Source of the DNA: Candidatus Algichlamydia australiensis
GTDB lineage: Bacteria > Chlamydiota > Chlamydiia > Chlamydiales > JAJFMI01
Direction of reading: 5' to 3'
Assembly (NCBI GenBank): GCA_033977065.1
Contig: JAXCHI010000003.1
Span: 416,001 to 480,000, forward strand
DNA length: 64,000 nt
Shown here piece after piece: positions 1 to 9,765 of the stretch. Position 1 is the first letter of the stretch, and the number at the start of each line of letters is the position of its first letter. A program made the position numbers and the translations under genes. The notes beneath the pieces are model-generated. The model saw only the letters and a list, made by a program, of their open reading frames with translations. It made no database searches and was not told where the DNA came from.

Positions 1-312
1 CTTCTGTTTTTTTAGACGCTGAATGTGTGAGCAGTTATGCAAGAAGTAGTAGCTATCATCGCGAAGAGGAATGGTGGTATCTGCTTGTCCCTCTGTAATA
101 AAAAGAGAGTTCGAAAGGTCATATTTTGAGAGATCATCCTTCTCATCAAGCCAGTAAGTCTCATAACCTAAGTGTTTAAACGCACGATAAAAGGCGTTAT
201 GAATGTAGGAGTGGGTGTGCGTATGGAGTTTATGGCCCCAGATCACAACTCTTTCGAATGGATCAGCTTGCAAAAGAGCAAAGCAGATAAAAAAAAGAAC
301 GAACCTCTTCAT
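1..312 (-). CDS. 5' part of an exported glycosyltransferase-like protein (runs off the window); paralog of 10526-11575
   Basis: Not in the ORF track. Manual translation from ATG at 312 gives MKRFVLFFICFALLQADPFERVVIWGHKLHTHTHSYIHNAFYRAFKHLG, open to position 1. Shares VVIWGxKLHTHTHSYIH..FYRAFKHLG with 10526-11575. Confidence 0.85.
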   Translation of the reverse strand, partial: MKRFVLFFICFALLQADPFERVVIWGHKLHTHTHSYIHNAFYRAFKHLGYETYWLDEKDDLSKYDLSNSLFITEGQADTTIPLRDDSYYFLHNCSHIQRLKKQK

Positions 313-360
313 GTTTTGTGATGGTACCGTTAAGACAATTTTCAGATCCAGTGAATTTTT

Positions 361-533
361 CCTCTGTACTGGACAAAAATTTCACCAATGGGAGAGCTGT
401 GCCTTTATCAAATCGATTCTCCTCCTCGTCCATAGCAATATGGGTTACGGACTCGTCGCTCGAAACGCTGCTGCTTCGATTTGATTTTGGCTCGCTTTGC
501 TCCTCTTGGCAAAATTTTTGTCCAGTACAGAGG
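361..533. mobile_element. MITE family A, copy 1 (173 bp)
   Basis: 22-bp TIR CCTCTGTACTGGACAAAAATTT at both ends; 7-bp direct repeat AATTTTT at 354-360 and 534-540; near-identical inverted copy at 46890-47062. Confidence 0.93.
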
Positions 534-579
534 AATTTTTCTTGCGAAGCTATTTATACAGGAGTACTATCCAGTAGGT

Positions 580-1416
580 ATGAAAAAGTTAAGTATTGTT
601 TTTTTTATTTTCTGTTGTTCTTTTTTGAATGCAAAGGTGAGTGGATACAAAAAGGATCCAATTATTACTTTCACAGATGAGAAAGTTCACAGATTTCCCT
701 ACCAAGACCAAGAGCCTCATCTCTTTGTTGCCTCGTTTCCTCACAGTGGAAGCCATTTTTTCATGTACATGGTGCAGTATTTTTCTCGGCGCGTTTGGCA
801 GGTCCCAAGAAAGCGCTACTTTTTTCACCTAGATCGAATTGATAAAAAGCTTTCTCCTTATTATCGTTGCCATAGCTGCACAGATACAGATTTTTACAAT
901 CGAATAAAGGGATATTTTTTTCCCTATGTTGTAGAAAAAGATAAACTGATTCTTTTGCTTCGAAATTACAAAGAAAACTGTTTTAACAAAAGTCGTTATA
1001 TTAAGTACCAAGACTCCTCTCAGTTTGAAAAAATCTTACGTAGTGGAAGTAGGCAATATCTTAATCTTCTCAGATGTTTTGATCGTTGGCCAGAAGAGAG
1101 GCGGCTCCTCATTCGTTATGAAGATTTGATTAAATCTCCAGAAAAGGTACTGCGCCAAGCTCTAGAGTTTCTCGAGGTTGAGTATAAAGAGAGGGAGATG
1201 CATGAGTTTTTTACCCCCAAAAAATTTCAATTCCATCGATTGCGGTGCATGAAATTAATGGAAATTTTGAACGGGGGACCGAGCATTTCGAAGGGAAAAA
1301 GTACAAGATTTCATGCGGGATATGCTAAGCAAGAAATTCTTGATCAAATTGATTGTCACTTTGAAGAGGCGGCTCCCGATCTTTTTAACCGTTACCTTGA
1401 GGAGTATCGAGAATGA
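580..1416 (+). CDS. Exported sulfotransferase-domain protein
   Basis: PAPS-loop-like SFPHSGSHF, LLLRNYKE and IRYEDL motifs; signal peptide from ATG 580 (MKKLSIVFFIFCCSFLNA). The ORF-track start at 481 lies inside the MITE. Confidence 0.8.
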   Translation: MKKLSIVFFIFCCSFLNAKVSGYKKDPIITFTDEKVHRFPYQDQEPHLFVASFPHSGSHFFMYMVQYFSRRVWQVPRKRYFFHLDRIDKKLSPYYRCHSCTDTDFYNRIKGYFFPYVVEKDKLILLLRNYKENCFNKSRYIKYQDSSQFEKILRSGSRQYLNLLRCFDRWPEERRLLIRYEDLIKSPEKVLRQALEFLEVEYKEREMHEFFTPKKFQFHRLRCMKLMEILNGGPSISKGKSTRFHAGYAKQEILDQIDCHFEEAAPDLFNRYLEEYRE

Positions 1417-2474
1417 AGCGCGCTCTGCTTTTTATTTTGGTTACCATTTCCCTTTTTTCTCAAAAGAAGGTTCTGCACATCACATTTCATAAAGGGTGTG
1501 CCAAAGAGTTTGAGTTTGTTGCAGATGAACTTGATCTGGATTTGACAACTCTTTTTGTTCACAAGTTGGGTCCAAAAGAGTTTGATGGGGTAGCCAAAGG
1601 ATCTGCTCTCTACAATGTGGGTCATGATCGGGCAAAGCGCGTTTGGGATTTGCATAAAGAGATGTTCGAATCCTATGATTTGATTGTGACCTCTGATACA
1701 GCACCTCTCTCTCGTATTTTTTTGCAGAATGGATGGAAAAAACCTCTAATTATATGGGTCTGTAATCGATTTGATTATGTAGCAAAGTGCGCATTAGACT
1801 GTTCTTTTCCGGATAAGGAGTACTATCATTTGATCGCTTCAACGAAAAAGAGACCAAATGTAAAAGTTTTTTCCTATACACCTTATGAACATCGCTATGC
1901 GAAAGTTGTTCGCGGTGTTGATGCTTGGTCAGATACAATCAAACCGACAGGCGGAGGAAGTCCCTATTGCGGGGATAGATCTCCTATTCCAGCTACTGTT
2001 GATCGCTCTGAAACTTTTTTTATTCCGCCTTACCACAACGATACGCATTTTATGAATCTCTCTGCTAAGCTAACATCTCTTGGAATTCCCAACTATCGAG
2101 GGCGCTATTCTGGACCTGAAGATCTTGCCTCTTTTAAGGGGATTGTGCATATCCCTTATGCATGGTCGAACCTAGCTCTATTTGAAAACTTAAGAAATGG
2201 TCTGATCTACTTTATTCCTTCAAAGAAGTTTCTTCTACGGCTCTCTAAGATGAGTAATTTTTTCTGGTCGCCCCCTTTTCGTCGGGAGTTTGTTGAGGAC
2301 TCTGAGTGGTACAATCCGGAGTATAAGGATCTATTTGTCTTTTTTGACTCTTGGAAAGATCTGAAAAAAAGGGTTGAGACAACAGATTACCTGGCCATGC
2401 AAGAGAGAATCATGCAGTTTTCTAAACAGCATCAGAAAGAGATGTTGGAAAAATGGAGAGCAGCGATTTATTGA
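1413..2474 (+). CDS. Exported hypothetical protein, probably glycosyltransferase-like (GT-B)
   Basis: Signal peptide MKRALLFILVTISLFS; C-terminal HIPYAWSNLALFE resembles a GT-B donor-binding segment; ATGA overlap with the upstream gene. Confidence 0.5.
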   Translation: MKRALLFILVTISLFSQKKVLHITFHKGCAKEFEFVADELDLDLTTLFVHKLGPKEFDGVAKGSALYNVGHDRAKRVWDLHKEMFESYDLIVTSDTAPLSRIFLQNGWKKPLIIWVCNRFDYVAKCALDCSFPDKEYYHLIASTKKRPNVKVFSYTPYEHRYAKVVRGVDAWSDTIKPTGGGSPYCGDRSPIPATVDRSETFFIPPYHNDTHFMNLSAKLTSLGIPNYRGRYSGPEDLASFKGIVHIPYAWSNLALFENLRNGLIYFIPSKKFLLRLSKMSNFFWSPPFRREFVEDSEWYNPEYKDLFVFFDSWKDLKKRVETTDYLAMQERIMQFSKQHQKEMLEKWRAAIY

Positions 2475-3181
2475 TAGCGCATCAGGTACTTTTCAGTTAG
2501 CTCAGGGTAAGTTGTCATTACAAGGTCATCGATTTTTTTGAGACGTTGAGGGCTCGCCTTTTTTGAGTGGTAGATCGTTCCTTTTCCCTTTGTTGAGGAG
2601 CCATGAAAGTTTGCGTCATAGATTTTTATAGCTCTTTTTTGATGCTCTTCATATCTCTCCATAAACGTCTCAAATGTGTTGGGATCGCCTTCTAGAAACT
2701 CAACTAGCTTTTCTAGAGATTCGCGAGGATTTTTAATAATGTCTTCGTAGTAGAGAAGAAGTTTTTTATCTTCATCCCAAATGTCGTAACTCTCTAAATT
2801 ATGGAAGTAGTGAAACTCCTTTTTTGCAATCATATCTAGCAGCTGATTAAGTCGTCCAACGCCAAGTCCAGGTTTGCGAAAAGAGGCATAACGACAAAGG
2901 ATTTCTTTGTAGTTGCGAACGAGCAAGATGAGTTTTTTTTCTCTGCCGAGCTGCTTTGCTTTGTTCGGGTGGATGGAGTGGGACTTTGCAATGATCGGAG
3001 CGCCCTCGGGTTTTGGAGAGAGTTGTGTAAAGTTTGTGTCGTAATCTGTAAGAGTCTCAATACAGTAACGGACCCATGTATTTCCACTTTTGGGGGAAGA
3101 GAGGAGATAACCCTCGTAGTGTGCTGGATTTGCAATCAAAAAAAGGGGGAAAAGGAGCAAACAAATCATTTTTTTTAGCAT
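2468..3181 (-). CDS. Exported sulfotransferase-domain protein
   Basis: SSPKSGNTW (5'-PSB loop), LLVRNYKE, LYYEDI; signal peptide. Confidence 0.85.
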   Translation of the reverse strand: MLKKMICLLLFPLFLIANPAHYEGYLLSSPKSGNTWVRYCIETLTDYDTNFTQLSPKPEGAPIIAKSHSIHPNKAKQLGREKKLILLVRNYKEILCRYASFRKPGLGVGRLNQLLDMIAKKEFHYFHNLESYDIWDEDKKLLLYYEDIIKNPRESLEKLVEFLEGDPNTFETFMERYEEHQKRAIKIYDANFHGSSTKGKGTIYHSKKASPQRLKKIDDLVMTTYPELTEKYLMRYQ

Positions 3182-3184
3182 CAA

Positions 3185-4060
3185 TTATTCCTCTCTATTG
3201 GGGTTAAAAAGAACTTGCAGCTCTTCATATGGGGGGATATTGCGAATTTTTTCGGCTAAAGAGAACTGTGTATTCCCTCTGACAAAGCAATCACTCAATG
3301 GGTTGTCTGACTGGTAAAGAACAAGGCAATCGGGAATGTAGTAAGCGTGTAGACGCGCCATGTCGATCATAGGAAGCATGGTCGCAAGGTCAGAGGTGGA
3401 GGGGAGGTACTTCCCGCGGTCTTTCTGATCTTCAAGTCGAATTTTTTTTGCTAACCCTGCGTAATAAGTACGAAGGTGAGAGGTGGTCCATTTGCATTTG
3501 CGAATTGTGCCCTCCTCCAGTACCTTTTTAGGGACAGGTTGTGCCAATTTTCCGAGATTATGAGTGGGTACTTCTATGTGAGATCCGTAGGTGAGCCAGA
3601 CGTGAGGGTTTGCGTAGACTTGATTCAGTTTTTCGAGCACATAAGGATTAGAAAAAGAGTCATCTCCATCTAAAAGTACAATGATCTCGCGATCTTTACA
3701 CATTCCCACTGCGTTCACGTGGTTAGCCATAGCTCCCACATTTTTTTTATTTCGGATCATGGTGGCTTTCTCTTCTAACCCGTACGCTGCAACCACCTCT
3801 TTTGCAACCGAAAAATTATCATCGGTGGAGGCGTCGTCAATATAGATTAAGCGAAAATTTCCATAAACTTGCTCTGCTACAGATTGCAGTGTTTTTCTCA
3901 CATAAGCTGCATTGTTGTAGCAGCTCATTAAGACTACAAAGGGTTTTTCTTCTTTTGGGGCTGTAGGCTGGGCGATTTGGTACTGCTGTTTTAAGAGATT
4001 GGGAAGGGCAAAGAAGGTGAGGACAAAGCCAGAGAGAAATACAAAAAAGCAACGGATCAT
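3185..4060 (-). CDS. Glycosyltransferase family 2, N-terminal anchor
   Basis: VLMSCYNN, YIDDAS, LDGDD, HLRTYY motifs. Confidence 0.85.
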   Translation of the reverse strand: MIRCFFVFLSGFVLTFFALPNLLKQQYQIAQPTAPKEEKPFVVLMSCYNNAAYVRKTLQSVAEQVYGNFRLIYIDDASTDDNFSVAKEVVAAYGLEEKATMIRNKKNVGAMANHVNAVGMCKDREIIVLLDGDDSFSNPYVLEKLNQVYANPHVWLTYGSHIEVPTHNLGKLAQPVPKKVLEEGTIRKCKWTTSHLRTYYAGLAKKIRLEDQKDRGKYLPSTSDLATMLPMIDMARLHAYYIPDCLVLYQSDNPLSDCFVRGNTQFSLAEKIRNIPPYEELQVLFNPNREE

Positions 4061-4887
4061 AACTGTTTGTAGGCTGGTTTAGCGCGAATTTCTTTGTTAA
4101 TCGCAAACTGTTTTATGTGATCAATACGATGATCACTTATTGGATTGTGGTCATTATATAGGTAAAGGACTTCAGGGACAAAACAAAAATGGTTGCAAGC
4201 CATTTCAATCATTGGAATCATGGCGGCAGAGTCCCAGCTCATCTCATAAAACTTTCCCTCTTTTTGAAGGTCTTCAATTTTGATTTTTTGAAAGAGCCAG
4301 GCGTAAAAGGTGCGGAGATGAGTCGGAAGATCGGGATGTTTTCGAAAAGTATTTCCTCTAATGACCTCCCTTGGGAAAGGCTTTGCAAAGCCTTTTCTAC
4401 AACTTCTTTGCTCTAAAAATTGACCATAGGTAAGCCAGATCTCTTTTTTCGGGTTGGAGTAGATGCGATTGAGATTGCTTAGTACGTGGGGGTGGGCGAG
4501 CTGATCATCTCCATCAAGGGTGATGACAATTTCATTTCCAGAAATATCGTTGTGTACGGCATGGTACAGATTGTAGAGAGCGAGTTTTCTCTTCTTATTA
4601 TTAATAATTTTTACGTTTTCTCTTCCTAAGGTCTCTCTTTCTACTAATTCAAGAGTTCTATCGGTTGAGCAGTCGTTAATAAAAAGAACACGAAAATTCT
4701 TATACTCTTGCTGCAGTGCGCTCCGAATGTTCGCTACGCAATATTTTTCATTATTATAGGAGGGGATGAGGATGACAAAGGGTTTTTCCTCTTTCGCTTT
4801 TGGAAAATGGTTTTTTTTAATTTGAGGCGGGCAAAGAGCAAAAAAACCAGCAGAAAAAAAGAAGAGATAGAAAGCAAATCTTTTCAC
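4057..4887 (-). CDS. Glycosyltransferase family 2, N-terminal anchor/signal
   Basis: ILIPSYNN, INDCSTD, LDGDD, HLRTFYAWLF. Confidence 0.88.
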   Translation of the reverse strand: MKRFAFYLFFFSAGFFALCPPQIKKNHFPKAKEEKPFVILIPSYNNEKYCVANIRSALQQEYKNFRVLFINDCSTDRTLELVERETLGRENVKIINNKKRKLALYNLYHAVHNDISGNEIVITLDGDDQLAHPHVLSNLNRIYSNPKKEIWLTYGQFLEQRSCRKGFAKPFPREVIRGNTFRKHPDLPTHLRTFYAWLFQKIKIEDLQKEGKFYEMSWDSAAMIPMIEMACNHFCFVPEVLYLYNDHNPISDHRIDHIKQFAINKEIRAKPAYKQL

Positions 4888-5696
4888 GGACGATGGAGCA
4901 AGGGGGTGTAAACAGGTTTGTTGCGAATTTCTCGATTGATCGAAAATTGCAGCTCTTGGCTTGCTTTGTGATCATTTAATGGATTGAGATCGTTATAGAT
5001 GTAGAGCACTTTGGGAATAAACTTGAAATGGTCGCGTGCCATTTCAATCATCGGCATCATTATGGCGACATCCCAAGTCATAGGGTAAAAAGCTCCATTA
5101 CTCTTTAAGTCTTCCTCTTTGATCATTTTAAATAGCCAAGCGTAAAAAGTGCGCAGGTGAGAGGGGAGGTGCGTGTGTTTGCGAAAGGCATTTTTTTCTA
5201 CCACTTTTTTTGGCATGTCGCTAACCCAAGATTTGCATTTTGGGTTCGACCAAAAACCTAATTGACCATAGGTGAGCCAGATCTCTTTTTCGGGATTGGA
5301 GTAGGTGCGATTGAGATAATATAAAACATAATTTGAGGCGAGTTTATCATCACCATCAACGGTTAATACGATCTCATCATCATCAACGAATTCGTGAATA
5401 GCATTGTAGTAATTAGCAAGAGCAAGGTTGCGTGTGTGGTTGTCCACAATCGTAACAATTTCTTTTTTTCCACTTTTCTCTATCTCTTTTTGCACAAGCT
5501 GAAGTGTACGGTCTGAAGAGCAGTCATTAATGAAGATGATGCGGTAATTTTTATACTCTTGTCTGAGTGAAGCACGAATGTTAGCAACGCAATATTTTTC
5601 GTTATTGTAGGAGGGCGTGATTATAACAAATGGTTTCTCTGGTAATCGCGAAAAGAGCGAGAAAGTTGCAATAATAAAAGGTAGAATGATTTTCAT
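4884..5696 (-). CDS. Glycosyltransferase family 2 with signal peptide
   Basis: IITPSYNN, INDCSSD, VDGDD, HLRTFYAWLF. Confidence 0.88.
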   Translation of the reverse strand: MKIILPFIIATFSLFSRLPEKPFVIITPSYNNEKYCVANIRASLRQEYKNYRIIFINDCSSDRTLQLVQKEIEKSGKKEIVTIVDNHTRNLALANYYNAIHEFVDDDEIVLTVDGDDKLASNYVLYYLNRTYSNPEKEIWLTYGQLGFWSNPKCKSWVSDMPKKVVEKNAFRKHTHLPSHLRTFYAWLFKMIKEEDLKSNGAFYPMTWDVAIMMPMIEMARDHFKFIPKVLYIYNDLNPLNDHKASQELQFSINREIRNKPVYTPLLHRP

Positions 5697-6490
5697 GGCG
5701 CCTCTATTGGACTGTATGGGGCACGTTTGCGAATGTGCTTGTTATAATCCATCTGTTTTTTCCAGTTAATCTGATGATCACTTATTGGATTTTGATCGTT
5801 GTAAATATAGAGAATTTTATTAATAAATGTGTGGTGGTCGCGTGCCATCTCTAACATGGGAAGGATAATGGCTGAATCGCCTGTCATTTTATAAAAGTCT
5901 CCTCTATATAACAGATCCTGTTTTGCTATTCGTTTGAAGAGCCAGCCGTAGAAAGTGCGCACGTGTGTGGGAATATGGACATAGGAGCGAAACTTATTCC
6001 TCTTTACAATCTCATCAGGGAATGTGCGTCCCCATCCTTTTTCCTTGCTCTTTTTGCACTGAAAGTTGCTATAGGCTAACCAGATTTCGCGCTCTTTATT
6101 TTGGTAGACGCTGTTGAGAACATTTAAGACGTTTGGGTGAGCAAGTTCATCATCACCATCAAGCATAACAACAATCTCTTCATCGGATACTTCGTTATGA
6201 ATTGTGTAGTAGATGTTGGCAAGGGAGTAACGACGCTTAGGATTATCAATGAGTTGCACGCGATTTTTAGCATCATTTTTTTCAATAAATGATTCCACAA
6301 GGTTGAGCGTATTGTCTGTTGAGGCGTCATTCACGTAGAGAATGCGGTAGTTGCAGTAATTTTGGTTGAGTGCGCTAAAGAGGTTTTCTTCACAAAACTT
6401 TTCATTGTTATAGGAGGGAATAAGGATAACAAAGGGGAGTTGATTTGCAAAAAGGCATAGAGGAAGAAGAAGTAGAAGCATTTTTTTCAT
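5693..6490 (-). CDS. Glycosyltransferase family 2 with signal peptide
   Basis: ILIPSYNN, VNDASTD, LDGDD. Start placed at 6490 (MKKMLLLLLPLCLFA), which gives an ATGA overlap with the upstream stop. Confidence 0.88.
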   Translation of the reverse strand: MKKMLLLLLPLCLFANQLPFVILIPSYNNEKFCEENLFSALNQNYCNYRILYVNDASTDNTLNLVESFIEKNDAKNRVQLIDNPKRRYSLANIYYTIHNEVSDEEIVVMLDGDDELAHPNVLNVLNSVYQNKEREIWLAYSNFQCKKSKEKGWGRTFPDEIVKRNKFRSYVHIPTHVRTFYGWLFKRIAKQDLLYRGDFYKMTGDSAIILPMLEMARDHHTFINKILYIYNDQNPISDHQINWKKQMDYNKHIRKRAPYSPIEAP

Positions 6491-7428
6491 TCTGATAGAT
6501 CCTTTGGTGGGAAGTTTTTCCAATTAGAACGGCAGAAAACAAAGTAGGAGTTTTTGCTTTCTGAGAAGAGTTTATTTCCATTTGCAAATATGCCTTTTAA
6601 AAGCCCATTTCTACGAATGAAAACGCTTAATGGGGCCTGACAAGGGGTTGTCACAAAGAAGGGCTCTCGCATTTGTGCCGCCTTATAGTACTCGGTAAGG
6701 CATTTGTTTGCTTTTTTGTTTGAGAAGTCAAAGCCAACTACTCCACTCATGATATGGCGTGTTTGGTAGACCTCTTGGAGGGTCATATTCATCGACTTCA
6801 TAAACCTTTCATGCGCAATCATTGCAAGAGGACAAGGGTCTTTTCGAAAGAGCATACCGTTTTGTTCAATATGACTGAATAAATAACTTAAGTTTTTTGA
6901 GGGAAACATGGAAGCATCGATCCAGATAACTTTTTTGTATCCAAGTTTTCGCGCCTCCATAAGAGCGCAGGGTTTAAAAGCGTACGGGACATCAAAAAGC
7001 TCTAGCCCTCCATCTTCAATGTAGGGCCACCCTCCGACGCGATAGAGAAAATGTCCTTTGAAGCCGACTCTACGTAAGCGACGGATGATTTCATCGATGC
7101 CTTCAGAAAATTTCCCGTTTGTAGAGGTGTAGGTAAGAATGCAGCACTCACGGTCATCGGGCGATGTGTTAATAAATTCTGTTTGTAGAAGGGGAATTTT
7201 ATGAGAGTTTTCATCAATAATAGAGAACTTTTTTATCCGCTCTGATCTTCGAGAACACAGCTTTCCATCGCGTGTATGAATCCACTTTAACTCAGGGCGC
7301 TCCCCATGAGATAGATACTCCTGTAGTAGATGAAAATCTTCAACAGTAGGGTTTTTCCAGTCGGAGATTTCAATATGTGGATGGGCAAAGAGGAGGAGGG
7401 GAAGCAAAAAAAGAGTAATTTTATTCAT
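6487..7428 (-). CDS. Exported hypothetical protein, GT-A/DUF1647-like
   Basis: Signal peptide; YAFKP and WIDAS motifs resemble DUF1647-like putative transferases. Confidence 0.5.
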   Translation of the reverse strand: MNKITLFLLPLLLFAHPHIEISDWKNPTVEDFHLLQEYLSHGERPELKWIHTRDGKLCSRRSERIKKFSIIDENSHKIPLLQTEFINTSPDDRECCILTYTSTNGKFSEGIDEIIRRLRRVGFKGHFLYRVGGWPYIEDGGLELFDVPYAFKPCALMEARKLGYKKVIWIDASMFPSKNLSYLFSHIEQNGMLFRKDPCPLAMIAHERFMKSMNMTLQEVYQTRHIMSGVVGFDFSNKKANKCLTEYYKAAQMREPFFVTTPCQAPLSVFIRRNGLLKGIFANGNKLFSESKNSYFVFCRSNWKNFPPKDLSE

Positions 7429-8174
7429 ACTTTCCTTAATTTTGCGTGGTCCTTATCTAAAGCAATTAATTTAGGAGGGTAGGCGTGCTGGTTGGTAAAC
7501 CATTTTTTCTTTCTTTCTGGCATGCAGTAGCTTGGAGAGAGAATTCTGGTGGGAGGGTGATCAATAAAATAGCGATTAAGATGGCTCTCATCATGCCACA
7601 CAGCAATAACCCCCCGTTTTAGATCGCGATCAACTTTTTTCACCGTAGTTTCAAGAAGTTTGATGAACTCGCTTCGCGTCCCACCATAGTACCCACCGGC
7701 AAAATAGAATTTACCTTCCGATTTTTTTACGTAAGCTGTTGACTTTGGAGAGGTTTCATAGCTCCCTCGTTTATTCACAAATCCCGGGTGCTGCGTTCCG
7801 ATGCGGGCGCCAAGCATCTCTTCACCTACATCCGCAACAAAGAGCATGTCTGCATCTGATGCAAAGATATAATCGAGGTTGGCAAAGAGCTCTTTGTGCT
7901 TCAAATAGGTATGAAAACGTTTTAAAGTATCGTGTGGCCACCCTAGTCTCTCTTGTGGAACGACAACTACATCATCTTCAAACTCAAGATTCGTATCTGA
8001 AAAAACAAAGTAGGTGACATTGTGACCTTTAAAAAAGTGTTTGCGACAAGAGGCGATAAACTCTTTTGCGAAGACATCGTAACGCCCTGTTGCCATCATG
8101 CAAAGGCCAATGTTGTACTCTTTTGCGAAGCAGAAGAGAGGAAGCAAAAGTATAGATAGAAGAAAACGGGACAC
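7425..8174 (-). CDS. Glycosyltransferase family 6 (ABO/alpha-1,3-Gal(NAc)-transferase family)
   Basis: ATGRY, WP..TL.RF, DADM, YFAGGYYGG and WHDESHLNRYF are hallmark GT6 motifs; signal peptide. Confidence 0.92.
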   Translation of the reverse strand: MSRFLLSILLLPLFCFAKEYNIGLCMMATGRYDVFAKEFIASCRKHFFKGHNVTYFVFSDTNLEFEDDVVVVPQERLGWPHDTLKRFHTYLKHKELFANLDYIFASDADMLFVADVGEEMLGARIGTQHPGFVNKRGSYETSPKSTAYVKKSEGKFYFAGGYYGGTRSEFIKLLETTVKKVDRDLKRGVIAVWHDESHLNRYFIDHPPTRILSPSYCMPERKKKWFTNQHAYPPKLIALDKDHAKLRKV

Positions 8175-8210
8175 TTGGTTAACCTAGTTTTTTAGCCCCA
8201 GAGTAGTAGA

Positions 8211-9107
8211 ATGAAGAAATTTTTTACATCACTTTTTTTGATCACAACAATTTGTGCGCAGAAAGCAGACCTGATCATTTTTTCCTATGACCGTCCTCTA
8301 CAAGCCTATGCTCTTCTTGAGTCTGCAGAACAACATGTAACAGGGATTGAAAAAGTAGTAGTGCTTTTTCGTGCGAGCAATCCCGAGTATGAGCAAGGTT
8401 ATGAGGAAGTTGCTAAGCAATTTCCCGATACGAAATTTATTCAACAGTCTCATAGATATGCAAAGGAAGATTTTAAACCTCTTTTAATGAAAGCATTAAG
8501 TAGAGAGTGCCGCAGTCCTTATCTCTTTTTTGCCGTCGATGACATTGTGATTAAGGACCAAATTGATCTCCCTCTCTGTATCTCCTATTTAGAAAAATAC
8601 AAGGCAGAGGGTTTTCACCTTCGAATGGGAAAAAACTTGGATTACTGCTATACCGAACAGAGCAAACAGCCGCTTCCCCCGCTCACAGAAGTCGAAGAGG
8701 GAGTACTACGTTGGCGTTTTAGTCAAGGAAAGCATGATTGGCGCTATCCCCATACGGTGGATTGTTGCGTTTTTCGCAAAAAACAGATTCTTAAAGATTT
8801 TTCTTCCATGCGATTTTCAAATCCGAACACATTAGAAGCAAAATGGGCAACTCGTTGTGATTTTTCCCGTTTTGGTCTCTGTTTTGAAACTTCAAAAATT
8901 GTGAACCTTCCCCTCAATTTGGTGAATGAGACCTACAAAAATGTTCATTTGAACAGCTTTACCCCGAAAGATCTACTAAAGATCTTTAATGACGGGAAAA
9001 AGATGGATATTATGCAGCTCTACCAGATTGAAAATCGCTCTGCGCATATCGATTATGAGCCTAGCTTTACTGAGCGTACATCCAGAGATACTTCTTCCAG
9101 AGATTAG
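8211..9107 (+). CDS. Exported GT-A-fold glycosyltransferase-like protein
   Basis: IIFSYDRPLQ start motif, FFAVDD, PNTLE; signal peptide. Confidence 0.6.
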   Translation: MKKFFTSLFLITTICAQKADLIIFSYDRPLQAYALLESAEQHVTGIEKVVVLFRASNPEYEQGYEEVAKQFPDTKFIQQSHRYAKEDFKPLLMKALSRECRSPYLFFAVDDIVIKDQIDLPLCISYLEKYKAEGFHLRMGKNLDYCYTEQSKQPLPPLTEVEEGVLRWRFSQGKHDWRYPHTVDCCVFRKKQILKDFSSMRFSNPNTLEAKWATRCDFSRFGLCFETSKIVNLPLNLVNETYKNVHLNSFTPKDLLKIFNDGKKMDIMQLYQIENRSAHIDYEPSFTERTSRDTSSRD

Positions 9108-9765
9108 GATAGTTTTTCTTCGCATAATCATCTAGAGCCTGCAGTTCTCTGTCCGAGACATCTTTTGAGTGATAAGTTAAATCTTTACCTTTTGAGCGCG
9201 CTCCTCCATATTTTTTATAGAATTGCAGTACTTTTCTTCGATGAGCGGCAATATTAAAAAGAAACTCCTCTAATTCTTGCTCATCATAACAGTCTAAAAA
9301 TTTGAGTACTTTTGTTAGTGTCTGTTTTGGATGCAAGATAAGATCTTCATAGTATACAAGAAGACGTCTTTCTGGATCCCAGGAGTCATAAAGCTTCAAG
9401 TTTTCAAAATAGTTCTTTTTCTCAGATATGTTTTGGAGGGCTTTTTTTACTGACCTGTGATGACGTATCATACACTCTTTGTAATTGCGAACTTGCAAAA
9501 TCAGAAGAGTGTCATCGCTTTTTTCTACTTGTGAGTGAAAATGCGTGTGGCGGTAAGGAGGTAGAGTAGGATCGTGCTCTATACCTGCTGTTGAATAGGA
9601 GATAAGCTTTGGCCCAGCTCTGCACTCTCGATGGGAAAAATGACCAATACAGTACATCAACCAGTGCGTTCCGCAGCGTGGATAAGTCAGGAAATAGAGA
9701 TCAAACTCACTGCTTGATAGAGGAGCGATTGCGAGAAGGGCAAAATAGCACCCTCTAGCTTTTAT
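9067..9765 (-). CDS. Sulfotransferase-domain protein (start uncertain; likely ATA at 9765)
   Basis: TYPRCGTHW, LQVRNYKE, VYYEDL; close paralog of 9762-10472. Confidence 0.8.
   Translation of the reverse strand: MKARGCYFALLAIAPLSSSEFDLYFLTYPRCGTHWLMYCIGHFSHRECRAGPKLISYSTAGIEHDPTLPPYRHTHFHSQVEKSDDTLLILQVRNYKECMIRHHRSVKKALQNISEKKNYFENLKLYDSWDPERRLLVYYEDLILHPKQTLTKVLKFLDCYDEQELEEFLFNIAAHRRKVLQFYKKYGGARSKGKDLTYHSKDVSDRELQALDDYAKKNYPNLWKKYLWMYAQ

Noticed and set aside
215..680. ORFs 215-484 and 318-680, and the 481 start of the sulfotransferase
   Set aside because: They read through MITE A or are antisense to the real gene at 312-1; the shared peptide with ORF 46988-47191 comes from the repeat.
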